This document shows positions 1 to 12,100 of a DNA stretch of 64,000 bases, piece by piece. The position numbers and the translations under genes are program-made. How positions within the stretch are numbered: position 1 is the first letter of the stretch; the number at the start of each line of letters is the position of its first letter. The stretch lies in assembly GCF_009914755.1 (NCBI RefSeq), contig NC_060948.1. One strand, written 5' to 3'. The DNA is from the human T2T-CHM13v2.0 reference genome, Homo sapiens. A model generated the notes under the pieces. The model ran no database searches. It was not told where the DNA came from and saw only the letters and a list, made by a program, of their open reading frames with translations.

Positions 1-959
1 GGCAAAACAACCAGCTAACATAATAATGACAGGAATAAATTCACATTTAACAATATTAATCTTAAATGTAAATGAGCTAAATGCCCCAATTAAAAGACAC
101 AGAATGGCAAATTGGATAGAGTCAAGACCCATCAGTGTGCTGTATTCAGGAGACCCATGTCTCGTGCAAAGATACACACGGCCTCAAAATAAAAGGATGG
201 AAGAATATTTACCAAGCAAATGGAAACCAAAAAAACAAGAGCTGCAATCCTGATCACTGATAAATCAGACTTTAAACCAACAAAGATCAAAAGAGACATA
301 GAAGGCTATTACATAACGGTAAAGGGATCAATCCAGTAAGGGAGCTAACTATCCTAAATATATGTGCACACAATACAGGAGCACCCAGATTCATAAAGCA
401 AGTTCTTAGAGAGCTACAGAGACTTGGCCTTCACACAATAATAGTGGGAGATTTTAACATCCTATTGTCAATATTAGACAGATAAATGAGGCAGAAAATT
501 AGCAAGGATATTCAGGACATGAACTCAGCTCTGGACCAAGCAGACCTAATAGATTTCTACACAACTCTCCACCCCAAATCAATAGAATATACATTCTCCT
601 CAGGAGTTCCTCGGACTTATTCTAAAATTGACCACATAATTGGAAGTAAAACACTCCTCAGCCAATACAAAAGAATGGAAATCATAACACTCTCTCAGAC
701 CACAGTGCAATCAAATTGGAACTCACAATTAAGAAACTCACTCAAAACCGCACAACTACGTGGAAACTGAACAGGCTGCTTCTGAATGACTACTGGGAAT
801 ACAATGAAATGAAGGCAGAAATATTTTCCTTGAAACCAATAAGAACAAAGGCACAATGTGTCATAATCTCTGGGACACATATAAGGCACTTTTTAGAGGA
901 AAATTTATAGTACTAAATGCCCATAAGAGAAAGGAGGAAAGATCTAAAATTGACACCCT
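1..959 (+). mobile_element. LINE-1 (primate L1PA-type) internal fragment: end of inter-ORF region and 5' part of ORF2
   Basis: ATG at 26 opens MTGINSHLTILILNVNELNAPIKRHRMANWI, matching the L1 ORF2p N-terminus as I recall it (MTGSNSHITILTLNVNGLNAPIKRHRLANWI). Downstream frames give [15 protein letters not shown] and [15 protein letters not shown]. Recognisable L1 similarity ends at ...GATCTAAAATTGACACCCT (~959). Confidence 0.95.
26..959 (+). pseudogene. Disrupted L1 ORF2p APE-like endonuclease domain (frameshifts and stops; non-functional)
   Basis: ORF2p-like peptide is split over ORFs 26..253, 486..770 and 716..910 in different frames. No reverse-transcriptase portion follows. Confidence 0.9.
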
Positions 960-3046
960 TCTAATGTTGTTGGGTAAAATAGAGACATGAGTGTCCTATC
1001 AAATTAATTTAATTCAGTGCTTAGATAAATGCAGTTTAATGGCACAAGAAAACAGAAAAACAACATAAATTCAAATTTTTCTGAGATGTAAATGTGTCCA
1101 ATTAAAATTATAATTTGAAGGTCATGAAAACAATGCAGAAATGTTGACAATTAGTCTTACTTTGTCCTATTCATAAATGACTGAGATAGAACATTGCACT
1201 GAAACCACTTAATATGTACTTATAAAAGATATAATGTGCAGTTGAAATGTTGTTAATGTAAAACTCCAAAACTTGAGCCAGTAAATAAACATTTGTTTTA
1301 ACTCCCAGAACCAAACAATGGATAGATTTATCAACATGCATTTTCACCCTCAGTTCACTGTGGTTCTGTTGTCATGATGGAACCAGAAAAAAAGTATCAG
1401 GACTTAAAAGTGTAATGGCTTTCATATTTTGAAGACTATGGTTTTCCTGTATAATACTTGAACTTGGCCTAATAAGATGTGTGCAATTGCTTAAAAACTA
1501 CAGTTCATTTACTTTTATTAAAAGTACATACAGTATAAGCAATCCAATAAAAAGTAAAACAATTAGATAAATAATAGATTAGAGTTTTAATAATTTATTT
1601 TTTCCCCATGGTGTATTCTGTTTATACCATGTATTTCATGCTCCTCTCACTGTAAATGACTATCATGCACCGAAAAATACTGATTTGCTGAATTATCAGA
1701 TGGAGTATTTTTCCAACAAGGCTCTTGAGGTCACTGGTCCTGATGCTGGACAAGAAAAGACTATCATAGCATTGATGGCTAAAGTATAATTATTTTTATA
1801 TTTCTTTTGGAAATTTAGCTACACTCACAGAAGCTAACAACTAATAGTTTTCAATAGCATATATGTGCATCCCAAAGATATTCATTGTGTTTTTAAATTT
1901 TAAAATTAGTTTCCTGTTTGTATTTTTACTTGAGGCATCTGCATACTTTGCTATGAAAAAAATTGATATTTGCAATAATATGCTGCCAACCTGAGAGGAG
2001 TGTTATAGAAGAAAATAATCACAAAAGTCACCTGTATTTTGTCCACAGTGCAAAGAACTGGGATCTACTAGATCGAGTAAGAACTTTTGGTTCTTACTGT
2101 GATATGAAGCCCAAGGATGATTACAGCTGAGGGATAAACCAAGCACTATCAGGAGAGAGAAAATGCAGGTTCAGTGCATCCTTATTATATTGGATTTCAC
2201 TATAGACTGTTTTTAATATTCTAAGTCCAATGTGTCTACATAATGATGGATAAAGTGGAGAAAATGTTATTATTAAATTAACCAGAAATCAATGATTGAT
2301 TATGTAGGCTTAAATTAGATATCTGAAAAAAAGAGAAGTCTACTAAAAAGAAGCCATTTACACAAATTCAGGAGCTGTTTTGCGTGCAACTAATATTTTC
2401 ACTGAAAATAAAAGAAGTTTTCTAAAACCTCTTTCCTCATCTTTGTCAAAATATATAATTTTTAGAGTAGGGTTATTTATGATAAAATTTATTGTCATTT
2501 TATGTACAAATGTCCAATGGTCATCACAGTCATTTAAAAATATAATTTATATGATAAAATATTCATTCATTTTATGTTTAATCAAAAGTGTTATATATAG
2601 CTATATACACTGAGCAGCATTTTCAGACGTGACTGCTTATTGACAATATATAATTGTTATGAAAATTTTCTATGACAAATCAACAGGGGATTTGTTGATG
2701 TGGTAGCTATAGGTGGGAAAAAGTATAAATCAACAGGAACATTTAGAAAAGGTAAACACCATTTCCACCAATATTAATTCCACAAAAGAAGCTTTTTCAA
2801 ATAGACAAATGCCAGAAGAGCAAATACGGTAATCAATCAAAACCATCAAGTGACTGCAATGAAATTACTCTTTGTTGGTAATTGAACTTAGTGTAGGTGC
2901 TACTGAAAACACAAAGCTACTGGCAAGCATATTCCTAATCTCACACATATGTCAGTTCTCTAAAGAAAAAGAGTAAGTAGCGTAAGTGTCAATACAGAGG
3001 ACAGAAAAAGATCAGCAGAAGTCTGACTACAAGTTGTATGGTATGA

Positions 3047-4166
3047 TTTTTTTATTTTATTTTTACTTTTATTATAACAAATTCTGGGATACATGTACAG
3101 AACGGGCAGGTTTGTTACATAAGTATACAAGTCCCTTGGTGGTTTGCTCTGCCCATCAACCAATCATATACATTAGGTATTTCTCCTAATGCTATCCTTC
3201 CCCTAACCCCCACCCTCTGACAGGCCCTGGTGTGTGATATTCCCCTCCATGTGTCCATGTGTTCTCATTATTCAACTCCCACTTATGAGTGAGAACATGT
3301 GGGGTTTCGCTTTCTGTTCCTGTGTTAATTTGCTGAGAATGATGGTTTCCAGCTTCAACCATGTCCCAGCAAAAGGACATAAACTCATTCTTTTTTGTGG
3401 CTGCATAGTATTCCATGGTGTATATAAGCCACATTTTCTTTATCCAGTCTATCATTCATGGGCATTTGGATTGGTTCAAAGTCTTTGCTGTTGTGAATAG
3501 TGCTACAGTAAACACACATGTGCATGTGTCTTTATAATAGAATAATTTATAATCCTTTGGGTGTATACACCATAATAGGATTGCTGGGTCAAATGGTATT
3601 TCTGTTTCTAGATCTTTGAGTAATCAGCACACTGTCTTCTATTAGTTCTATGTTGAACTGATTTACACTCCCACCAACAGTATAAAAGTGTTCCTATTTC
3701 TCCACATCCTCTTCAGCATTTGTTGTTTTCTGACTTTTTAATGATCACCATTCAAACTGGCATGAGATGGTATCTCATTGTGGTTTTCATTTGCAATTCT
3801 CTAATGACCACTGAGGATAAGCATTTTTTTATGTGTTTATTGGCTGCATAAATGTCTTTTTTTTTTTTTTTTTGAGACTGAATAGCCAGGATGGTCTTGA
3901 TCTCCTGACCTTGTGATCTGCCCACCTCGACCTCCCAAAGTGCTGGGACTACAGGGATGAGCCACAGCACCCGGGCCATAAATGTCTCCTTTTGAGAAGT
4001 GTCTGTTCATATACTTCATCCACTTTTTGATAGGATTATTTTTGTTTATTGTAAATTTGTGTAAGTTATTTGTAGATTCTGGATATTAGCCCTTTGTCAG
4101 ATGGATAGATGGCAAAAATTTTCTCTCATTCTGTAGGATGCCTGTTCACTCTGATGACAGTTTCTT
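3047..4166 (-). mobile_element. 5'-truncated L1PA element (3' UTR and ORF2 C-terminal region), interrupted by a short Alu
   Basis: A T-rich tail at ~3047-3072 is followed by typical reverse-complement L1 3' UTR (TTCTGGGATACATG..., CTCCCACTTATGAGTGAGAACATG). Minus-strand ORFs read like the ORF2p C-terminus (DWIKKMWLIYTMEYYAATKKNEFMSF; [11 protein letters not shown]). A possible degenerate TSD is GGTATGATTTTTT (3040-3052) / GGTATAAATTTTT (4167-4179). Confidence 0.93.
3858..3977 (-). mobile_element. Short internally deleted Alu (AluY/Sc-like 5' ~94 nt joined to the 3' terminus and poly-A), nested in the L1
   Basis: The minus strand reads GGCCCGGGTGCTGTGGCTCAT...GAGATCAAGACCATCCTGGCTA-TTCAGTCTC-poly(A). 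It is flanked by the direct repeat ATAAATGTCT (3848-3857 and 3978-3987), and the L1 sequence resumes in register. Confidence 0.9.
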
Positions 4167-4494
4167 GGTATAAATTTTTGGAAATCCTAAAAGTGCTCTT
4201 TAAAGTGTGATCTTTTGAACACTGGAAATACGAAGACACCAGGAAAGCATAATACCCTATTTTCAAGAGTTGATGACCTGAATCCCTGTGTAGCTCTCTA
4301 ATGCAAAGATGAGAGTCACAGCAACTGGGTCAAATAATAAATTTTGAAGAAAATGAAGACTGTGTTCTCAGTTCCAGGTGCTTCATCAGGCTCATTGTGG
4401 ATCCAGACTACCAGACACAAGACATTACACATTGTAATGCATTAAATGCATAGTTTTAACAGTAATAATTTAAAAGAGATTTAGAATTTTATAA

Positions 4495-4876
<382 letters not shown>

Positions 4877-4958
4877 ATAGAGGCACTTTTAACCATAAAT
4901 GAACACTGTTATGATTTGTATTACCACAGTATCATTATTCTGTCCTGTTTGCCTTACA

Positions 4959-5201
4959 TTTTATTTATTTATTATACTGTAAGTTCTGGGATACATGTGC
5001 AGAATGTGCAGGTTTGTTACAGAGATATATGCTTGTTTGCTGCACCTGTCAGTTTTTCATCTACATTAGGTATTTCTCCTAATGCTATTCCCTGTTAGGT
5101 CCCCACCCTCCAACAGTCTCCAGTGTTTGATGTTCCCCTCCCTATGTCCATGTATTCTCATTTTACAACTCCCACCTATGAGTGAGAAATTGCAGTGTTT
5201 G
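4959..5201 (-). mobile_element. L1PA 3' end (~240 bp), cut off by the LTR12 insertion
   Basis: TTATTTATTTATTATACTGTAAGTTCTGGGATACATGTGCAGAATGTGCAGGTTTGTTACA...CTCCCACCTATGAGTGAGAAATTGCAGTGTTTG is homologous to 3060-3305 of this window and stops abruptly at 5201. Confidence 0.92.
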
Positions 5202-5350
5202 TGTGTTTGGAACTTATTCCTTCCAGTGGGTTTGTGGTCTCGCTCACTGCAAAAATGAAGCTGTAGACCGTTTCGGTGTGTGTTACAACTCTTAAAGGTG
5301 GTGTGTCTGGAGTTTGCTACTTCACATGAGCTCATGGTCTTGCTTACTTC
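5202..5350 (-). mobile_element. 3' (U5) terminus of an ERV9/LTR12-family LTR (LTR12B-like), the seed of the satellite
   Basis: TGTGTTTGGAACTTATTCCTTCCAGTGGGTTTGTGGTCTCGCTCACTGCAAAAATGAAGCTGTAGACC resembles the reverse complement of the LTR12 3' end as I recall it (TGTGTCCGGAATTGGTTCCTTCCGGTGGGTTCTTGGTCTCGCTGACTTCAAGAATGAAGCCGCGGACC). It begins with TG, i.e. the terminal CA on the minus strand. Subfamily assignment is from memory. Confidence 0.8.
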
Positions 5351-8300
5351 AAGAATGAAGCTGCAGACATTTACGGTGAGTGTTACAGCATTTAAAGCTG
5401 TTATGTCCAGAGTTTGTTCCTTAAGATGTGTCCAGAATTTCTTCCTTCAGGCAGGTTCATGGTCCTGCTTAATTCAAGAACGAAGCTGCAGACATTTACG
5501 GTGAGTGTTACAGCACTTAAAGGTGTTATGAACACAGATTGTTCCTTCAGATGTGTCCAGAGTTTCTTCCATCTGGCAGGTTCATGGCCTTGCTTACTTC
5601 AAGAATGAAGCTGCAGACCTTTACTGTGAGTGTTACAACACTTAAAGGTGTTATGTCCAGAGTTTGTTCCTTCAGATGTGTTCAGAGTTTCTTCCTTCTG
5701 GCAGGATCATGGTCTTGCTCACTTCAAGAATAAAACTGTAGAACTTAGTGGTGAGCGTTACAGCACTTAAAGGTGTTACGTCCAGAGTTTGTTCATTCAC
5801 ATGTGTCCAGAGTTTCTTCCTTCTGGCAGGTTCATGGTCTTGCTCACTTCAAGAATGAAGCTGCAGACCTTAGTGGTGAGTGTTACAGCACTTAATGGTG
5901 TTATGTTCAGAGATTGTTCATTCAGATGTGTCCGTAGTTTCTTCCTTCTGGCAGGTTCATGGTCTTGCTCACTTCAAGAATGAAGCTGCAAAGCTAAGTG
6001 TTGAGTGTTACAGCACTTAAAGGTGTTATGTCCAGAGTTTCTTCCTTCAGATGTGTCCAGAGTTTCTTCCTTCTGGCTGGCTCAAGGTCCTGCTTAATTC
6101 AAGAATGAAGCTGCAGACCTTAGTGGTGAGTGTTACAGCACTTAAAGGTGTTATGTCCAGAGTTTCTTCCTTCAGATGTGTCCAGAGTTTCCTCCTTCTT
6201 GCAGGTTCATGGTCTTGCTTACTTCAAGAATGAAGCTGCAGACATTAGTGGTGACTGTTACAGCACTTAAAGGTGTTATGTCCAGAGTTTGTTCCTTCAG
6301 ATGTGTCCAGAGTTTCTTCCTTATGGCAGGTTCATGGTCTTGCTCACTTCAAGAAAGAAGCTGAAGACCTTTACGGTGAGTGTTACAGCACCTAAAGGTG
6401 TTATGTCCAGAGTTTCTTCCTTCAGATGTGCCCAGAGTTTCTTCCTTCTGGCAGGTTCATGGACTTGCTCACTTCAAGAATGAAGCTGCAAACCTTTACG
6501 GTGAGTGTTACAAAACTTAAAGGTGTTATGTCCAGAGATTTTTCCTTCAGATGTGTTCAGAGTTTCTTCCTTCTGGCAGGTTCATGGTCTTGCTCACTTC
6601 AAGAATGAAGCTGCAGACCTTTACGGTGAGTGTTACAGCACCTAAAGGTGTTATGTCCAGAGCTTGTTCCTTCAGATGTGCCCAGAGTTTCTTCCTTCTG
6701 GAAGGTTAATGGACTTGCTCACTTCAAGAATGAAGCTGCAGACCTTAGTGGTGAGTGTTACAGCACTTAAAGGTGTTATGTCCAGAGATTGTTACTTCAG
6801 ATGTGTCCGGACTTTCTTCCTTCTGGCAGGTTCATGGTCTTTCTCACTTCAAGAATGAAGCTGCAGACCTTAGTGGTGAGTGTTACAGCATTTAAAGGTG
6901 TTATGTCCAGAGTTTGTTCCTTCAGATGTGTCCAGACTTTCTTCCTTCTGGCAGGTTCATGGTCTTCTCACTTCAAGAATGAAGCTGCAGACATTTACGG
7001 TGAGTGTTACAGCACCTAAAGTTGTTATGTCCAGAGTTTGTTCCTTCAGATGTGCCCAGAGATTCTTGCTTCTGGTAGATTCATGGTCTTGCTCACTTCA
7101 AGAATGAAACTGCAAACCTTTACGGTGAGTGTTACAACACTTAAAGGTGTTATGTCCAGAGTTTGTTCCTTCAGATGTGTTCAGAGTTTCTTCCTTCTGG
7201 CAGGTTCATGATCTTGCTCACTTCAAGAATGAAGCTGCAGAAGTTAGTTGTGAGTGTTACAGCGCTTAAAGGTGTTATGTCCAGAGGTTCTTCATTCAGA
7301 TGTGTCCGGAGTTTCTTCCGTCTGGCAGGTTCATGGTCTTGCTCACTTCAAGAATGAAGCTGCAGACCTTAGTAGTGAGTGTTACAGCACTTAAAGGTGT
7401 TATGTCCAGAGTTTGTTCATTTAGATGTGTCAAGAGTTTCTTCCTCCTGGCAGGTTCATGGTCTTGCTCACTTCAAGAATGAAGCTGCAGACCTTTACGG
7501 TGAGTGTTACAGCACTTAAAGGTGTTAGGTCTAGAGTTTGTTCCTTCAGATGTGTCCAGATATTCTTCCTTCTGGCAGGTTCATGGTCTTGCTCACTTCA
7601 AGAATGAAGCTGCAGACCTTAGTGGTGAGTCCCACAGCACTTAAAGGTGTTATGTCCAGAGTTTGTTCATTCAGATGTGTCCGGAGTTTCTTCCTTGTGG
7701 CAGGTTCATGGTCTTGTTCTCTTCAAGAATGAAGCTGCAGAAATTAGTGGTGAGTGTTACAGCACTTATAGGTGTTATGTCCAGAGTTTATTCCTTCAGA
7801 TGTGTCCAGAGTTTCCTCCTTCTGGCAGGTTCATGGTCTTGCTGACTTCAAGAATAAAGCTGCAGACCTGTACGGTGAGTGTTACAGCACTTAAAGGTGT
7901 TATGTCCATAGTTTGTTCCTTCAGATGTGTCCAGAGTCAATTCCTTCTGGCAGGCTCATGGTCCTGCTCACTTGAAGAATGAAGCTGCAGACCTCACTGG
8001 TGAGTGTTACAGCACTTAAAGTTGTTATGTCCTGAGTTTGTTCATGCAGATGTGACCGGAGTTTCTTTCTTCTGGCAGGTTCATGGTCTTGCTCACCTCA
8101 AGAATGAAGCTGCAGACCTTAGTGGTGAGTGTTACAGCACTTAAAGGTGTTATGTAGAGAGTTTGTTACTTCATATGTGTCCAGAGTTTCTTCATTCTGG
8201 CAGATTCATGGTCTTGCTCACTTCAATAATGAAGCTGCATACCTTTACGGTGAGTGTTACAGCACTTAAAGGTGTTAGGTCCAGAGTTTGTTCCTTCAGA

Positions 8301-9162
8301 TGTGCCCAGAGATTCTTGCTTCTGGTAGATTCATGGTCTTGCTCACTTCAAGAATGAAACTGTAAACCTTTACGGTGAGTGTTACAACACTTAAAGGTGT
8401 TATGTCCAGAGTTTGTTCCTTCAGATGTGTTCAGAGTTTCTTCCTTCTGGCAGGTTCATCATCTTGCTCACTTCAAGAATGAAGCTGCAGAAGTTAGTTG
8501 TGAGTGTTACAGCGCTTAAAGGTGTTATGTCCAGAGGTTCTTCATTCAGATGTGTCCGGAGTTTCTTCCGTCTGGCAGGTTCATGGTCTTGCTCACTTCA
8601 AGAACGAAGCTGCAGAACTTAGTGGTGAGTGTTACAGCACTTAAAGGTGTTATGTCCAGAGTTTGTTCATTTAGATGTGTCCAGAGTTTCTTCCTTCTGG
8701 CAGGTTCATGGTCTTGCTCACTTCAAGAATGAAGCTGCAGACCTTTACGGTGAGTGTTACAGCACTTAAAGGTGTTAGGTCTAGAGTTTGTTCCTTCAGA
8801 TGTGTCCAGATATTCTTCCTTCTGGCAGGTTCATGGTCTTACTCACTTCAAGAATGAAGCTGCAGACCTTAGTGGTGAGTCTCACAGCACTTAAAGGTGT
8901 TATGTCCAGAGTTTGTTCATTCAGATGTGTCCGGAGTTTCTTCCTTGTGGCAGGTTCATGGTCTTGTTCTCTTCAAGAATGAAGCTGCAGAAATTAGTGG
9001 TGAGTGTTACAGCACTTATAGGTGTTATGTCCAGAGTTTGTTCCTTCAGATGTGTCCAGAGTTTCCTCCTTCTGGCAGGTTCATGGTCTTGCTGACTTCA
9101 AGAATAAAGCTGCAGACCTGTACGGTGAGTGTTACAGCACTTAAAGGTGTTATGTCCATAGT

Positions 9163-12100
9163 TTGTTCCTTCAGATGTGTCCAGAGTTTCTTCCTTCTGG
9201 CAGGTTCATGGTCTTGCTCACTTCAAGAATGAAGCTGCAGACATTTACGGTGAGTGTTACAGCACCTAAAGGTGTTATGTCCAGAGTTTGTTCCTTCAGA
9301 TGTGCCCAGAGTTTCTTGCTTCTGGCAGATTCATGGTCTTGCTCACTTCAAGAATGAAGCTGCAAACCTTTACGGTGAGTGTTTCAACACTTAAAGGTGT
9401 TATGTCCAGAGTTTTTTCCTTCAGATGTGTACAGAGTTTCTTCCTTCTGGCAGGTTCATGATCTTGCTCACTTCAAGAATGAAGCTGCAGAAGTTAGTTG
9501 TGAGTGTTACAGCGCTGAAAGGTGTTATGTTCAGAGGTTCTTCATTCAGATGTGTCCGGAGTTTCTTCCGTCTGGCAGATTCATGGTCTTGCTCACTTCA
9601 AGAATGAAGCTGCAGACCTTAGTGGTGAGTGTTACAGCACTTAAAGGTGTTATGTCCAGAGTTTGTTCATTTAGATGTGTCCAGAGTTTCTTCCTTCTGG
9701 CAGGTTCATGGTCTTGCTCACTTCAAGAATGAAGCTGCAGACCTTTACGGTGAGTGTTACAGCACTTAAAGGTGTTAGGTCTAGTGTTTGTTCCTTCAGA
9801 TGTTTCCAGATATTCTTCCTTCTGGCAGGTTCATGGTCTTGCTCACTTCAAGAATGAAGCCGCAGACCTTAGTGGTGAGTCTCACAGCACTGAAAAGGTG
9901 TTATGTCCAGAGTTTGTTCATTCAGATGTGTCCGGAGTTTCTTCCTTCTGGCAGGTTTATGGTCTTGTTCTCTTCAAGAATGAAGCTGCAGAAATTAGTG
10001 GTGAGTGTTACAGCACTTATAGGTGTTATGTCCAGAGTTTGTTCCTTCAGATGTGTCCAGAGTTTCCTCCTTCTGGCAGGTTCATGGTCTTGCTGACTTC
10101 AAGAATAAAGCTGCAGACCTGTACGGTGAGTGTTACAGCACTTAAAGGTGTTATGTCCATAGTTTGTTCCTTCAGATGTGTCCAGAGTTAATTCCTTCTG
10201 GCAGGCTCATGGTCCTGCTCACTTGAAGAATGAAGCTGCAGACCTCACTGGTGAGTGTTACCGCACTTAAAGTTGTTATGTCCTGAGTTTGTTCATGCAG
10301 ATGTGACCGGAGTTTCTTTCTTCTGGCAGGTTCATGGTCTTGCTCACCTCAAGAATGAAGCTGCAGACCTTAGTGGTGAGTGTTACAGCACTTAAAGGTG
10401 TTATGTAGAGAGTTTGTTACTTCATATGTGTCCAGAGTTTCTTCATTCTGGCAGATTCATGGTCTTGCTCACTTCAATAATGAAGCTGCATACCTTTACG
10501 GTGAGTGTTACAGCACTTAAAGGTGTTATGTCTAGAGTTTGTTCCTTCAGATGTGTCCAGAGTTTCTTCTTTCTGGCAGGTTCATGGTCGTGCTCACTTC
10601 AAGAATGAAACTGCAGACCTTTACGGTGACTGTTACAACACTTAAAGGTGTTAGGTCCAGAGTTTGTTACTTCAGATGTGTCTAGAGTTTCTTCCTTTTG
10701 GCAGGTTCATGGTCTTGCTCACTTCAAGAATGAAGCTGCAGACCTTTACAGTGAGTGTTACAACACGTAAAGATGTTAGTTCCAGAATTTGTTCCTTCAG
10801 ATGTGTTCAGAGTTTCTTCCTTCTGGCAGGTGCATGGTCTTGCTCACCTCAGGAATGAAGCTGCAGACCTCAGTGGTGAGTGTTACAGCACGTAAAGGTG
10901 TTATGTCCAGAGATTGTTAATTCAGATATGTACAGAGTTTCTTCCTTCTGGCAGGTTCATTGTCTTGCTCACTTCAAGAATGAAGCTGCAGACCTTTACG
11001 GTGACTGTTACAGCCCTGAAAGGTGTTAGGTCCAGAGTTTGTTCCTTCAGATGTGTCCAGAGTTTCTTCGGTCTGGCAGGTTCATTGTCTTGCTCACTTC
11101 AAGAATGAAGCTGCAGACCTTTACGGTGAGTGTTACAGCATATAAAGGTGTTATGTCCACAGCTTGTTCCTTCATATGTGTCCAGAGTTTCTTCCTTCTG
11201 GCAGGTTCATGGTCTTGCTCACTTAAAGAATGAAGCTGCAGACGTTAGTGGTTAGTGTTGCAGCACTTAAAGGTGTTATGTCCAGAGATTGTTCATTCAG
11301 ATGTGTCCGTAGTTTCTTCCTTCTGGCAGGTTCATGGTCTTGCTCACTTCAAGAATGAAGGTTCAGACATTAGTGGTGAGTGTTACAGCACTTAAAAGTG
11401 TTATGTCCAGTGATTGTTCATTCAGATGTGTCCGTAGTTTCTTCCTTCTGGCAGGTTCAAGGCCTTGCTCACTTAAAGAATGAAGCTGCAGACCTTAGTG
11501 GAGAGTGTTTCAGCACTTAAAGGTGTTATGTCCAGAGTTTGTTCCTTCAGATGTGTCCAGAGTTTCTTCCTTCTGGCAGGTTCATGGTCTTGTTCACTTC
11601 AAGAATGAAGCTGCTGACCTTTACGGTGAGTGTTACAGCACTTAAAGGTGTTATGTCTAGAGTTTGTTCCTTCAGATGTGTCCAGAGTTTCTTCCTTCTG
11701 GAAGGTTCATGGTCTTGCTCACTTCAAGAATGAAGCTGCAGACCTTAGTGGTGAGTGTTACAGCACTTAAAGGTGTTATGTCCAGAGATCGTTACTTCAG
11801 AGGTGTCAGGAGTTTCTTCCTTCTGGCAGGTTCATGGTCTTGCTCAATTCAAGAATGAAGCTGCAGACCTTAGTGGTGAGTGTTACAGCACTTAAAGGTG
11901 TTATGTCCAGAGTTTGTTCCTTCAGATGTGTTCAGAGTTTCTTCCTTCTGGCAGGCTCATGGTCCTGCTTAATTCAAGAATGATGCTGCAGACATTTACG
12001 GTGAGTGTTACAGCACTTAAAGGTGTTATGTCCAGGGTTTGTTCCTTCAGATGTGTCCAGAGTTTCCTCCTTCTGGCAGGTTCATGGTCTTGCTTATTTC

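Noticed and set aside
1700-2168. Two exon-like, less AT-rich segments (1700-1783 MEYFSNKALEVTGPDAGQEKTIIALMAK; 2049-2168 after TTTTGTCCACAG) as a possible pseudogene
   Set aside because: Splice donors are weak, the phases are incompatible, the second segment has an in-frame stop, and I recognise no protein. A tBLASTx/BLAT search would be needed to revive this.
2380-2613. 77-aa ORF in the unique flank
   Set aside because: It has a TTG start, lies in very AT-rich low-complexity sequence, and shows no recognisable homology.
4423-4451. Short inverted repeats (CATTACA-CAT-TGTAATG; ATGCAT-TAA-ATGCAT)
   Set aside because: Stems of 6-7 bp in AT-rich DNA are expected by chance and have no supporting context.
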